The notes: a model not told the origin generated them from the letters alone. Counted from the whole stretch's first letter, positions 11,947 to 24,957 are shown. The stretch: DNA of 63,975 nt, filler included, from Vicugna vicugna (GCA_013265495.1; 78 parts of 78 records of this genome joined end to end with filler, not necessarily neighbours in it), one strand, 5' to 3'. A program made the numbers and translations.

Positions 11947-12046
11947 NNNNNNNNNNNNNNNNNNNNNNNNNNNNNNNNNNNNNNNNNNNNTTAATTAATT
12001 AANNNNNNNNNNNNNNNNNNNNNNNNNNNNNNNNNNNNNNNNNNNN

Positions 12047-12429
12047 AAGAAACAAGCACCACTCGGAGGGTGGGAGTACTGAGATTTACTATGCAGGCGG
12101 GCTCAGAGGGGCTTCTGTTTCAAAGCTCTGAGCACCTTCAAGACGTGCACATGAGGTTTTATAGGGTTAATTACAAGTATGGGGCTATTAGCCAATAAGG
12201 CTCAAACAACAAAAAGCAAGGAATCAGTATACTGAAGCTTATCAATTTGGAACAAATCACGTTACTGACAATTGTTGACCTTGGATTTACGAGTTAGCTT
12301 GTTAGCCCAGTAAACTGACACTAAACTTCAGATTTACGTGTTAGCCCAGCAAAAATTAGATGAGTAAACCGACACTTATCACACTTGGATATGTGAATGA
12401 CTTAGCTGCCCAGCTGGGCTTTTCCTTCA
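12047..12429 (-). mobile_element. ERV LTR (U3-R part)
   Basis: The minus strand starts TGAAGG at 12429; CCAAT at 12192-12196, TATAAAA at 12157-12163, AGTAAA at 12085-12090, and repeated gatttacg.gttagc motifs. Confidence 0.65.
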
Positions 12430-12638
12430 CTGTGCCACTTATCTTTTCTATTTTTCTTCTTTAAGTATTTAATCTAAATGTAATATCAAAGTCTTTTGGA
12501 AAAGAATTTCTCTTTCTTTTCTTTGGGGCTATTTTGGGNNNNNNNNNNNNNNNNNNNNNNNNNNNNNNNNNNNNNNNNNNNNTTAATTAATTAANNNNNN
12601 NNNNNNNNNNNNNNNNNNNNNNNNNNNNNNNNNNNNNN

Positions 12639-13355
12639 TTGTGAACATACCAGATTGAAGTATCTATATTTATTGCCCCTGATATCCTATTTTTCCCTCT
12701 TTTATCCATATAATATAGTAGCATTTAAGAACATACCCAAAGAAACAGTTGCAACTTTCTCGTGGTCTCTCCTTAGCATTTTGGTCAATGTTTTGCATAT
12801 TATTGCCACTTTATATTTCTTAGAAGATTTCTTTTCTACACCTCTTATAAGGTGTCTCGGTTTTGTTTTTTCATCTCATTCAGCGTTTGTTTGTCTGTTA
12901 AAGTCTTTACTTCCACTTTATATCTAAGTGATAACTGTGTAAGTATCATTGGGTGAGTGATTTCTTATTTCAGTAGTTTGAAAATACAATTTTATTTACC
13001 CTAGGCGTATGTTTTCTGCTCAGAAATCTGCTGATAGCCTAATGGGGGTTCCTTTGTAGATTATCATAAATTTTTTTTGGCTGCCTTTAAAATTTTACTC
13101 TGTCATTGTCCTGTCAATTTGCACATGACTTATCTTGAAGAAGGTCCCTTTGTCTTAAATTTATTGGTGTTTTGTTGGCTCACGGACTTGTATGGGTCAC
13201 GGACTTGTATATCACTTCCTTACATAGGATCGGGAAGTTATTTTATTTAACTTCTTTAAATAAACCAACAGCTGCCTTCTAACTATTTTCTCCCTCCAGG
13301 ATTCCACTGTAAAGTGCAGTTCCTGAGGAAGTCTGATGGCTACTGTAGAATTTCC
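12639..13355 (-). mobile_element. Decayed LINE-1, ORF1/inter-ORF region
   Basis: agaaatctgctgatagcctaatgggggttcctttgta is the reverse complement of the L1 ORF1 YKG.PIRLSADF region. Confidence 0.75.
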
Positions 13356-13879
13356 NNNNNNNNNNNNNNNNNNNNNNNNNNNNNNNNNNNNNNNNNNNNT
13401 TAATTAATTAANNNNNNNNNNNNNNNNNNNNNNNNNNNNNNNNNNNNNNNNNNNNCAAGAAGAATTTGAACCTGTTTACTTTGCCTAAAAAAAAATCATA
13501 TAGATCTATTTTAACCAATTGATAAAAAAAGAAAATTAATACTCATAAATAGAAAGATTGATTAAAATGTCTAACAATGAAAAAGGCTTAGTGATAATTC
13601 AGAGATGATATAAATAATTGTTAACTTTATTAGAACTGTAAAAGCAAATTATAATTAATAAGATAATATATATAGCATACTGGGCTATTAAAACTAAAAT
13701 TGATTGTGATTATTATGTATTTATTTCTTTCATGATTGTAACAAACATATACACCCCCTTTTTTTTTGGTTATCTATTCTTCTACTCTGTGGGAATTTCT
13801 ATCAAAATGTGTCATTTACCATTCCTGAAATTAGGCACATTGAGGTTGTTTCAAACATGTTCTCAAATTCTCACAAGAT

Positions 13880-14322
13880 ATATGAGTCTTTGGAATATGG
13901 ACTGGTTTATTGACTCACTTCTAATGAATATAATGTGTCAGAAGTTACATTGTATAACTTCTGACTCTAAGAAAAAGGAAACGCAAGCAACTTCCTTCCA
14001 CCTGGATCTCTTGTTCTGGAACTTTTGAGCTGACACATTAAAAGCCTGATTACCCTAAGCATCATACGAAGTCAGGTGATGAGACCACTTTGAGTAAGAG
14101 AGAGATGCCATAGTATTCCTGTCTATTCTGTCCCTAATTTGCCCAACTCCCTCTAACTTCAATCTGCAGACATATGAGTGAGAGAGACTTCAGATTACTT
14201 CAGACCCCTGCCTCTGAGATGCCCTGGCAGATGTCAAGTTAAGCAGACAAGGCTTCCCCATCATTCCCTGTCTGAAACACTGACCCACAGAACCAAAAAG
14301 CAAAATGAATTTTCACAACTAA
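13880..14322 (+). mobile_element. MaLR LTR (MLT1-like)
   Basis: cagaagttacattgtataacttc, cagacatatgagtgag and ccctgtctgaaacactgacccacagaa. Confidence 0.6.
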
Positions 14323-14422
14323 NNNNNNNNNNNNNNNNNNNNNNNNNNNNNNNNNNNNNNNNNNNNTTAATTAATTAANNNNNNNNNNNNNNNNNNNNNN
14401 NNNNNNNNNNNNNNNNNNNNNN

Positions 14423-14902
14423 AAAGGATGGAAAAGGATATTCCATGCAAATGGAAAAACCAAAAAATCAGGTGTTGCAGTACTGCTTTCAGACAAAACA
14501 GACTTCAAAACAAAGGCCCTAAAGAAAGATAAAGAAGGACATTTAATAATGATTAAAGGAGTGATACTAGATGAGGATATTACACTCGTTAATATATATG
14601 CACCCAATATAGGAGCACCTAAGTACATAAAACAATTACTAACAGAGATAAAGGGGGATATTGATGGGAATACAATCATAGTTGGAGATTTTAACACTGC
14701 ATTAACATCACTAGACAGATCTTCCNNNNNNNNNNNNNNNNNNNNNNNNNNNNNNNNNNNNNNNNNNNNNNNNNNNNNNNNNNNNNNNNNNNNNNNNNNN
14801 NNNNNNNNNNNNNNNNNNNNNNNNNNNNNNNNNNNNNNNNNNNNNNNNACACTTCCAAGGATTGATCATGTACTTGGGCACAAAAGAAACCTCAGCAATT
14901 TT
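14423..14902 (+). mobile_element. LINE-1 ORF2 endonuclease-domain fragment, open frame, gapped
   Basis: Translates KGWKRIFHANGKTKKSGVAVLLSDKTDFK...ITLVNIYAPNIGAPKYIKQLL...IIVGDFNTALTSLDRSS...RIDHVLGHK with no stop in the sequenced bases. Confidence 0.97.
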
Positions 14903-15002
14903 NNNNNNNNNNNNNNNNNNNNNNNNNNNNNNNNNNNNNNNNNNNNTTAATTAATTAANNNNNNNNNNNNNNNNNNNNNNNNNNNNNNNNNNNNNNNNNN
15001 NN

Positions 15003-15711
15003 CCCAACAAGGAAGAGCCCAGGATAGACGGCCACCAAACACTTGAAAAATTAGTGCGAATGCTTATCAAATTCCTCAAAAAAAAGAGTCAACATTTCCT
15101 AACTCATTCTGTGAGGTCAGCATTACCTTGACAGCAAAGCCAAACAAAGAAAATTACGGACCAATATCCCTTATGAATATAGAGTGGAAAAGATTCTCAG
15201 CAAAATTCTGGCAAAACAAATCCAGCAGCACATTAAAAGTATCACAAACCATGACAAAGTGGGATTTATCCCAGTGATGCCAGGGTGGTCAACATATGAA
15301 TATGAATCAATGTAATACACCACATTAATAGAATGAAGGACAAAAGCCACAGGATCATTACAGCCAAAAAAATATCTGAAAACATCCAACACACTTTCAT
15401 GACTAAATGCACACACAGAAATAGAAGGAAACTTCCTTAACACAACAGGGCATTTACAAACAACCCATAGCCAACACCATACTCATGGTGAAAGACTGAA
15501 AGTCTTCCCCCTGAGATCAGGAGCAAGATGAGGACGCCCGCTTTCACCACTGCTGTTCCACAATGTAGGGAAGTCCTAGTCAGAGCAATCAGGCAAGACA
15601 GAAATGCACCCAAACAGAAACAAAAAGGCAAAACTAAACCTACTCCCAGATGATGGGGGTGATGATGGGGGTCTGACAAGCACACAAATCCTAATGAATC
15701 CATTTAAAAAA
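15003..15711 (+). mobile_element. LINE-1 ORF2 RT region, degenerate
   Basis: cctaactcattctgtgaggtcagcattacc, accaatatcccttatgaatat, gtgggatttatcccagtgatgc and gaagtcctagtcagagcaatcaggcaaga. Confidence 0.92.
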
Positions 15712-15811
15712 NNNNNNNNNNNNNNNNNNNNNNNNNNNNNNNNNNNNNNNNNNNNTTAATTAATTAANNNNNNNNNNNNNNNNNNNNNNNNNNNNNNNNN
15801 NNNNNNNNNNN

Positions 15812-16294
15812 AGATGCGTGGAATCTGTTTCCCCACCTCCAGCACACACACAGAGATGTGCTCAGGTATCCTCATTGTGGGGAGTCTACTCCAAATGACA
15901 GCAGCCCCTGGGTTCTAAAAGAATCCCTTAGCTTGCCTTCCCTGATGGCATCCCTAGGCTGGAGAGTGGGGGATAGTGGGGGTTGGGCTCTAAACCAAGT
16001 ATTAGCGAGAGCCTATCCATGGGATGTGGGTTTTTAACCTACAACCCACAACCATGGAATAAATGTGCCCCCTGAAAGATGTTTGAAGTTTTCCCTAAAT
16101 CCAGCACACACGCGAAGAAGNNNNNNNNNNNNNNNNNNNNNNNNNNNNNNNNNNNNNNNNNNNNNNNNNNNNNNTTCTATTAGTTTAGCTTCTGTTCCCT
16201 GAGTGTTCCCTAAGGCCAGGCCATGAGGGAAAGCTGGGCGTTGGGCTTAGGAGGCCAAGTAGCAGTCAGTGCCCCCTTATCCACTGAGGAAGTA
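15812..16294. repeat. SatC satellite
   Basis: Collinear with 31615-32095. Confidence 0.9.
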
Positions 16295-16394
16295 NNNNNN
16301 NNNNNNNNNNNNNNNNNNNNNNNNNNNNNNNNNNNNNNTTAATTAATTAANNNNNNNNNNNNNNNNNNNNNNNNNNNNNNNNNNNNNNNNNNNN

Positions 16395-17517
16395 TTGCCT
16401 TAGGAGACTGATATAAGAAAGTATTCCTATGATATACATACAAAAGTGAATCACCTATATTCCCTTCTAGCAATTTTATAGTATCAGGCCTTTCATTTAG
16501 GTCCTTAATAAACTTGGAGTTTATTTTTGTATATGATGTCAGGGAATGCTCTCATTTCACTGTTTTACATGTAGATGTCCAGCTTTCACTACACCATTCA
16601 TTGATGAGACTGTCTTTTCTCCATTGTGTACTCTTGCCTCTTTTATCATAGTTTCATTTCTCATAGGTGTGTGGAATTATTTCTAGGCTCTCTATCTGTT
16701 TTTTTTTTTCAATTATATCTCTGTGCCAATGCCATGCTGCTTGTATTACTTAAGCTTTGTAGTATAGTAAGGTATCTGGGAGGGATATACCTCCAGATTT
16801 GTTGTTTTTCCTCAACATTTTGGCAATTTTTAATGGTTTCATGTAAAACTTAGAGATATTTATTTTCTGGTTCTGTGGAAAATACTACAGCTTCATAACA
16901 GGAATTGCACTAAATCATNNNNNNNNNNNNNNNNNNNNNNNNNNNNNNNNNNNNNNNNNNNNNNNNNNNNNNNNNNNNNNNNNNNNNNNNNNNNNNNNNN
17001 NNNNNNNNNNNNNNNNNNNNNNNNNNNNNNNNNNNNNNNNNNNNNNNNNTTTATTATTTTCAGTGTTTAGATCTTTCACATATGTGGTTACATTTATTCC
17101 AAGATATTCGGGGGTATGGGGTTTTAATTATTATTGCTTTCAACGTCCATTTTATGGTATCTCATGATTAATGTGTAGAAATGCAAGAGACTTCTTTACA
17201 TTAATCTTGTACCCTGCTCCCTTGATGAAATTATTTGTTGTTCATAATAGTCAGTGTGAAGCCCTTAGGACTCTCTATGTAGATTGTTATGCCATTAGTA
17301 CTAGTAACAATTTTACCTCTTTCTTTCCATTTTGCAATTCTTTTATTTCTTTTTCTTTTCCTTTTCCTTTCTTCTATTATAATTGAACAGATGTGGTGAG
17401 AGTAGGAATTCTTGTTTTGTTCCCGAATTTACCCATAAGGCTTTCAGTCTTTTCCCTGAGAATTATATATGATTATAAATGGCCTTTAGTATGTTGAGAG
17501 ATGTTTCCATTGTACTC
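16395..17517 (-). mobile_element. LINE-1 ORF2, degenerate, gapped
   Basis: ttggagtttatttttgtatatg, caccattcattgatgagactgtcttttctccattg, ttgtagtatagt and ggaattgcactaaatc. Confidence 0.88.
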
Positions 17518-18613
17518 NNNNNNNNNNNNNNNNNNNNNNNNNNNNNNNNNNNNNNNNNNNNTTAATTAATTAANNNNNNNNNNNNNNNNNNNNNNNNNNN
17601 NNNNNNNNNNNNNNNNNAAGTACATGAAATGAAAATATGTTTCATAATAAAAATATAAATTTATTCTTTATTCACTGAGACGTCTCTAGAAAAAAGGATT
17701 CAGAACGCCAAAACACTGCTGCATTCCTGTATAGGGATAATTTATGATGAAAATTCTCTAGATTCTTGTTTGGCTAAAGTCTCTGTAATTTGCTTCTTAT
17801 AACTGGTGTCATATCAAGAAATTATTGTGAAATCGGACTATTTCTAGCTATTTTAAGAACGTTTAAATTCTATGTAAGTCATCTGAAAGATGAAATTATG
17901 CTTTTTATTTACTTCTCACTAAATTCTATATTTACACTGATGTACGATGATTAAGTAGTATTTTTTTGGTATGGTCAAATAGAATTTAGTTCAATATAGT
18001 TACAGTGCTTGAAACAGAACATTTTGTATAGGATGGGAAAATCTCAGTGTGAATTCATACTACTTTTACAGTGAGTATGTTTAATACCTAAATTATATAT
18101 CCAAATTCCCTTGGACTAATGCCTTTGAAAACTGCCAGTGAAACTTTGTCTTTAAGCCAAATTAATAATTACAAATACACTGTAATTTAAAGTAACAGAT
18201 GAGAATATAGAAATGAAAATTTCAGTTTGGGCCTTCAACCAAATACATTCATGTAAAATGTACATGTGAAATTGTAAGGCTGTGATGCATTTGATTTAAG
18301 CCAGGAAAAATTTGGCTTCAGTTCCGGCTTCATTTGAACCTGCAGTGTTTTTTTTTATCTCTTTTTCACATGTGGAATGGCCACATCTTTACTTGTGCAC
18401 AGGCCTTGGGTCACACATTTTCATTGGGACAGAAGCCAATACCTAGAAATATACCAATTTTAGGGTGTAAAGCTTGAACCATCTCAAATGGTGTAGAAAA
18501 GAATAGTATTCAGNNNNNNNNNNNNNNNNNNNNNNNNNNNNNNNNNNNNNNNNNNNNTTAATTAATTAANNNNNNNNNNNNNNNNNNNNNNNNNNNNNNN
18601 NNNNNNNNNNNNN

Positions 18614-18921
18614 AGAGATATTAGGAAAACCATCAGGGGAGGCGAGCTTAGGCATTCCGTTAGAACCCACGTGCTGCCGACCGTTGGTGGAACCTCCCTA
18701 CGCTCAGGGTTCCGGAACCATTGTCAGTGCGAGGGGGAGCTCGAGAGACAACTCCACGCAGCTCTCTTCAGTCACAGGTGTTTCCTGTCCGGGGAAGTCC
18801 GAAAAAAAACTTCCCTGAATTTGTGGAGGCAGCCTCTGCCCCGGGATTTCCTGCAAACCACCCCAGCATTCCCTGTCACAGAGATAATAGGAAAACACTC
18901 AGGGGAGACGAGCTTAAGTAT
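18614..18921. repeat. SatA satellite (opposite orientation)
   Basis: agagat..taggaaaac..tcagggga at both ends, about one monomer apart. Confidence 0.92.
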
Positions 18922-19021
18922 NNNNNNNNNNNNNNNNNNNNNNNNNNNNNNNNNNNNNNNNNNNNTTAATTAATTAANNNNNNNNNNNNNNNNNNNNNNN
19001 NNNNNNNNNNNNNNNNNNNNN

Positions 19022-19523
19022 GAAGCCACAATCACCCTGACACCAAAACCAGGCAAAGACACCACCTAAAAAGAGAATTACAGACCAATATCACTGATAA
19101 GCACAGATGCAAAAAAGTCCTTACCAAAATACTAGCAAATAGAATCCTACAGCACATAAAAAAGATTATACAACATGCTCAAATGGGGTTCATCTCAGGG
19201 ACACAAAGATGGTTCAACATATGCAAATCAATCAATGTAATACTTCACATCAACAAGAGAAAGGAATAAAACCACATGATCATCTCAATAGATGCATAAA
19301 AGCTTTTGATAAAATTCAACACCCATTTATGATAAAAAAATTCTCACCAAAGTGGGTATTGAGGGAACATAACTCAACATCATGAAAGCTATATATGACA
19401 AACCTACAGCCAGCATAGCACTAAACGGTGAAAATCTCAAAAGTTTCTCACTAAATTCTGGGACAAGACAAGGATGTCACTATCACCACTCCTATTCAAC
19501 ATAGTCTTGGAAGTCCTGACCAN
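19022..19523 (+). mobile_element. LINE-1 ORF2 RT region, with stops and frameshifts
   Basis: [24 protein letters not shown]...; ccacatgatcatctcaatagatgca; gggacaagacaaggatg; ctcctattcaacatagt. Confidence 0.95.
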
Positions 19524-20460
19524 NNNNNNNNNNNNNNNNNNNNNNNNNNNNNNNNNNNNNNNNNNNTTAATTAATTAANNNNNNNNNNNNNNNNNNNNNN
19601 NNNNNNNNNNNNNNNNNNNNNNCCCCCAAGTTGTATCCAGGCAGAGGGTGAATGGTGATCACTGCACTTTTCCATCTTCTGTTTTGTTGGTCAAAGGACT
19701 ACAGAATTGTTTCCTAAACTGTATTTCAGACTGAGCAATTTAAATAAATATAATAAAATATCCATGCATGCAATGTGCCACTAACCACCATGATGGTTCA
19801 CTTCGTGTGTCCACTGCTGGGCAAGTAGGTCCCACTGGAAATCATTTTGTTTGGTGTCGGGGTTGTTACATGAGAGCATTAGCCTTTGGACCCAGAGGCT
19901 CAGTGAAGGAGGCAGCACTCCCCATGTGGGTGGGCTGCATCCCATCCCTGGGGGCCTGGCAAGAGCAAAGGGCAGAGGAGGCAGGACTCCCTCCTAAAGC
20001 TGGGACGTACCCTCCTGCCCTTGATGAGAAGCACATCAGCCTCCCTGGATCTCAGGCTTAGGCAGTATCACACACGGGCTATCAGGGGTTCACCTGTGGA
20101 TGGTGCCTCTTGGGACTTCTCAGCCTCCCTAACCTTGATGGCCAGTTCCTCCTAATCCATCTCTGTACCCTACTGGCTGTGTGTCTCTGGAGAAGCCTGC
20201 ATAATAGGATCATTTTTGGCTTTACACTCAGTGCCGCTAAAGCAATTCACATTGTTGTGCAGCCGTCACTATCTGTACATGGAGCTTTCTCTCCCTAAAC
20301 AGAAGTTCTGCACCAATCAGATGGTAGTTTTGGGGGCTCTGGACCAGGGTCCGACTAGAANNNNNNNNNNNNNNNNNNNNNNNNNNNNNNNNNNNNNNNN
20401 NNNNTTAATTAATTAANNNNNNNNNNNNNNNNNNNNNNNNNNNNNNNNNNNNNNNNNNNN

Positions 20461-20963
20461 CACAGAATATAGAATGCTGAGTACAGAAACCAGAATATTG
20501 AACATAGAATGCAGAACACACAGTATAGAATATTAAATACAGAATACAGAACCCAGAATTTAGAACATGGAATTCAAAACAAAGAATTAAGAATGTAAAA
20601 TACAAATTGTAGTACACAGAATATAGAATATAAAATACAGAATACAGAACCCAGAAATTAGAACATGGAATTCAAAACAGAGAATTGAGAATATAGAGTA
20701 CAGAATACAGAATATAGAATGTAGTGTCTAGAATGTAGGACACAGAATTTTGAATATAGAATACAGAACACAGAATATAGAATATATAACAGAATATAGA
20801 ATATAGAATACAGACTACAGAATATAGATTTTAGAACACAGAATATAGAATATAGAATCCAGAATAGAGACCCAGAATATATAACATGGAATGCAGAACA
20901 CATAGTACAGAATATAGCATGCAGAATACAGAAGGTAGAACCCAGAATTTAGAACATGGAATT
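20461..20963. repeat. SatD heptamer-derived satellite (NNAGAAT)n
   Basis: atagaat/acagaat/ttagaac/atggaat units at a 7-bp period. Confidence 0.92.
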
Positions 20964-21063
20964 NNNNNNNNNNNNNNNNNNNNNNNNNNNNNNNNNNNNN
21001 NNNNNNNTTAATTAATTAANNNNNNNNNNNNNNNNNNNNNNNNNNNNNNNNNNNNNNNNNNNN

Positions 21064-21340
21064 GGATGTGGAGGAGAATGTGGAGGAGGAGTAGGATGTG
21101 GAGGAGGATGTGTAGGAGGAGAATGTGGAGGAGGAGGTGGAGGAGTAGGTGGAGTAGGTGGAGGTGGAAGTTGAGGAGGTGGGGGTAGAGGAGGAGGTGA
21201 TGGATGAGGAGGAGTTGGTGGAGGAGGAGGAGGAGGATGTGGAGAAGGAGGAGAATGAAGAGCAGGATGTGGAGGAGGAGGAGGATGTGGAGGAGGAGGA
21301 GGAGGATGTGGAGGAGGAGGAGGAGGATGTGGAGGAGGAG
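21064..21340. repeat. Purine-rich (GGA)n-GGATGT simple repeat
   Basis: ggaggaggaggatgt units across the whole contig. Confidence 0.9.
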
Positions 21341-21440
21341 NNNNNNNNNNNNNNNNNNNNNNNNNNNNNNNNNNNNNNNNNNNNTTAATTAATTAANNNN
21401 NNNNNNNNNNNNNNNNNNNNNNNNNNNNNNNNNNNNNNNN

Positions 21441-21934
21441 TATATTCTATATTCTGTGTTCTACAATCTGTATTCTACATTTTAATTTCTTTGTTGTGAA
21501 TTCCATGTTGTAAATTCTGGGTTCAGTATTTTGAATTCTATATACTATATAATGTGTTCTGCATTCTATATTCTGCATTCTATTTATGTATTCTATATTC
21601 TATGTTCTGACCTGCATTCCATGTTCTAAATTCTGGGTTCTGTTTTCTGTATTCTATATTCTATATTCTGTGTTCTACATTCNNNNNNNNNNNNNNNNNN
21701 NNNNNNNNNNNNNNNNNNNNNNNNNNNNNNNNNNNNNNNNNNNNNNNNNNNNNNNNNNNNNNNNNNNNNNNNNNNNNNNNNTGTATTATATTTATATATT
21801 CTGTGTTCTACAATCTGTATTCTACACTATATATTCTATAATCTGTATTCTACATTCTTATTCCTTGTCTGAATTCCATGTTCTAAATACTGGGTTCTGT
21901 ATTATGAATTCTATATTCTATATTCTGTGTTCTA
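21441..21934. repeat. SatD satellite (ATTCT strand)
   Basis: attctat/attctgt/attccat/gttctaa heptamers. Confidence 0.92.
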
Positions 21935-22034
21935 NNNNNNNNNNNNNNNNNNNNNNNNNNNNNNNNNNNNNNNNNNNNTTAATTAATTAANNNNNNNNNN
22001 NNNNNNNNNNNNNNNNNNNNNNNNNNNNNNNNNN

Positions 22035-22616
22035 GGTAGCAAGATAGAAAAATAGAACAATTGAATAAAACAGAGACTACAAAAGACCCACACACATAGA
22101 ACAATGGAATTTTGACCATACTGCAAAGGCAGCTCAGTGAACAATGGCTACTTTTCTCAACAAATGATGTTGAAACAACTGGGTATTAAGACACAAAATA
22201 ATGAACTTTAATCCACATCTTGCATCACAGACTAAAAATTAACTCAATGTCAATCATAGATCTAAAAGTAAATATAAGCTATAAAACCCCTATAAAAAAA
22301 CTTCTTTCCATCCATGGGTTAGGCTGAGGTTTCTTAGCTATGACACCAAAAGAATGACACAAAAAACAAAACACTGATAAATTTAGACTCATAAAAATTA
22401 GTAACTTCTGCTCTTTGAAGACACTGTTGGAAGAATGAAAAGACAAGTCCTAGATGGGGAGGGAACATTTGCAAGCATATATCCAAAAAAAAAAAAGGAC
22501 TTATATTCAGAATATAAGACCTATCAAAAGGAAAAAAAAGAATACAAATAACCCAATAAATAAAAGCTCATACTACTTGAATAAACCTTGCTCCAAAGAA
22601 GACATATCCTCAATAT
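22035..22616 (+). mobile_element. Old LINE-1 ORF2 3' region
   Basis: tctcaacaaatgatgttgaaacaactgg, aaaaattaactcaa, aacttctgctctttgaagacactgtt and ctccaaagaagacata. Confidence 0.88.
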
Positions 22617-22716
22617 NNNNNNNNNNNNNNNNNNNNNNNNNNNNNNNNNNNNNNNNNNNNTTAATTAATTAANNNNNNNNNNNNNNNNNNNNNNNNNNNN
22701 NNNNNNNNNNNNNNNN

Positions 22717-22984
22717 AAAAATTTATGTTTACCAAAGTGGAAGGGAAGGACAATTTTATGTACGATATTGAGAGATATAATGTAGTATACATAAAGGCTA
22801 GAAGCAACAAGGATAATCTGTATAGATCACGGAATTATACACAATAACTTATAATAATTGAAAGTTAAAAGTATTGTAATAATTTATAATGCAATATAAT
22901 TCACAAAGTGGTTGGAATCTCTATGCTGTACATCTGAAACTACACAATATAGTACATCTACTGTACTACAATTAAAAATAAAAC
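22717..22984 (+). mobile_element. LINE-1 3' UTR end, decayed
   Basis: gcaacaaggat...ctgtatag..cac...gaatctctatgctgtacatctgaaact...caattaaaaataaaa. Confidence 0.75.
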
Positions 22985-23308
22985 ATCTCATGTATAATTT
23001 AGTCATTTTTCTGCTGATAGAAGCTTCCTTTAATATTGTTTNNNNNNNNNNNNNNNNACTTTTTACCTGATTACTGTCTCAAAAAATTCCTTTTACTCTT
23101 GTGAAAATTATACCAGATTGATGTATATATACTTATTGCCCCGATTTCCTATTTTTTGCTTTCTAATCCATATAGTATAGTAGCATTTAAGAACATATCC
23201 AAAGAAACNNNNNNNNNNNNNNNNNNNNNNNNNNNNNNNNNNNNNNNNNNNNTTAATTAATTAANNNNNNNNNNNNNNNNNNNNNNNNNNNNNNNNNNNN
23301 NNNNNNNN

Positions 23309-24564
23309 AATATAGAATATAGTATACGGAATGCAGAATATAGAATACAGAAGCTAAAATATAGAACACAAAATATAGAATTTGGAATACAGATTACAAA
23401 ACCCAGAATTGAGAACATGGAATGAAGAACACTGAATTTAGAATATAGAAAACAGAATACTGAATATGGAATTTCAATTATAGAATGTTTAACACAGAAT
23501 TTAGAATATAGAATAAAGAATACTGAATACAGAATTTAGAATATAGAATGTAGAACACAGTATATAGAATATAGATTAGGGAATATACAACCCAGAATTT
23601 AGAACATGGAATGCAGAACACAGAATTTAGAATATAGAATACAGAAAACTGAATATAGAATTTAGAATATAGAATGTAGAACACAGAATATAGAATATAG
23701 ACTACAGAATGCAGAATATAGAATATAGAGTATAGAATGATGAACAAAAAATATAGAGTATAGAATAGAGAATACAGAACCCAGAATTAAGACCATGGAA
23801 TGTAAATCACAGAATTTAGAATATAGAATACAAAATACTGAATTTTGAATATAGAATATAGAATGTAGAACACAGAATATGGAATGTAGAATACGGAATG
23901 CAGAATATTGAATACAGAATATAGAATGTAGAACACAGTATATAGAATATAGATTAGAGAATATAGAAACCAGAATTTACAACATGGAATGCAGAAAACA
24001 GAATTTAGAATATAGAATANNNNNNNNNNNNNNNNNNNNNNNNNNNNNNNNNNNNNNNNNNNNNNNNNNNNNNNNNNNNNNNNNNNNNNNNNNNNNNNNN
24101 NNNNNNNNNNNNNNNNNNNNNNNNNNNNNNNNNNNNNNNNNNNNNNNNNNNNNNNNNNNNNNNNNNNNNNNNNNNNNNNNNNNNNNNNNNNNNNNNNNNN
24201 NNNNNNNNNNNNNNNNNNNNNNNNNNNNNNNNNNNNNNNNNNNNNNNNNNNNNNNNNNNNNNNNNNNNNNNNNNNNNNNNNNNNNNNNNNNNNNNNNNNN
24301 NNNNNNNNNNNNNNNNNNNNNNNNNNNNNNNNNNNNNNNNNNNNNNNNNNNNNNNNNNNNNNNNNNNNNNNNNNNNNNNNNNNNNNNNNNNNNNNNNNNN
24401 NNNNNNNNNNNNNNNNNNNNNNNNNNNNNNNNNNNNNNNNNNNNNNNNNNNNNNNNNNNNNNNNNAATATAGAGTATCATGAACAAAAAATATAGAGTGT
24501 AGAATAGAGAATATAGAACCCAGAATTAAAAACATGGAAAGTAGAACACAGAATTTAGAATATA
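23309..24564. repeat. SatD satellite, gapped
   Basis: 7-bp AGAAT-core periodicity; cccagaatttagaacatggaatgcagaacacagaat blocks. Confidence 0.93.
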
Positions 24565-24957
24565 NNNNNNNNNNNNNNNNNNNNNNNNNNNNNNNNNNNN
24601 NNNNNNNNTTAATTAATTAANNNNNNNNNNNNNNNNNNNNNNNNNNNNNNNNNNNNNNNNNNNNCCAGGAGGCCTGAGTAGATTCTTCTTATCTGCATTG
24701 ACTTGCCAGCCCTACCGGCTGCTCTTCATTTCTGTGGATATGCCCAGGAGCACAGATCAAAGAAACAGAAGCTGAGAAGGACCATTACTACCCTGAGCAG
24801 AATTACCATCCTGAGGATTACCTTCTAGGTGATTCTGGTGAACAACAACAACAACAAAAAATTAATTAAACCACCAATGGGGTAGAACTTGAGTCCAGGA
24901 AAATAGATATTTCGTACACACGGGGAAGTGCTGAGCAATTTTCCCATAAAGATACAA

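Noticed and set aside
21158..21388. Glu-rich ORF
   Set aside because: Simple repeat with a GTG start and in-frame stops upstream.
24862..24869. TTAATTAA inside a contig
   Set aside because: An 8-mer without N flanks after an A-rich run; a natural occurrence, not a linker.
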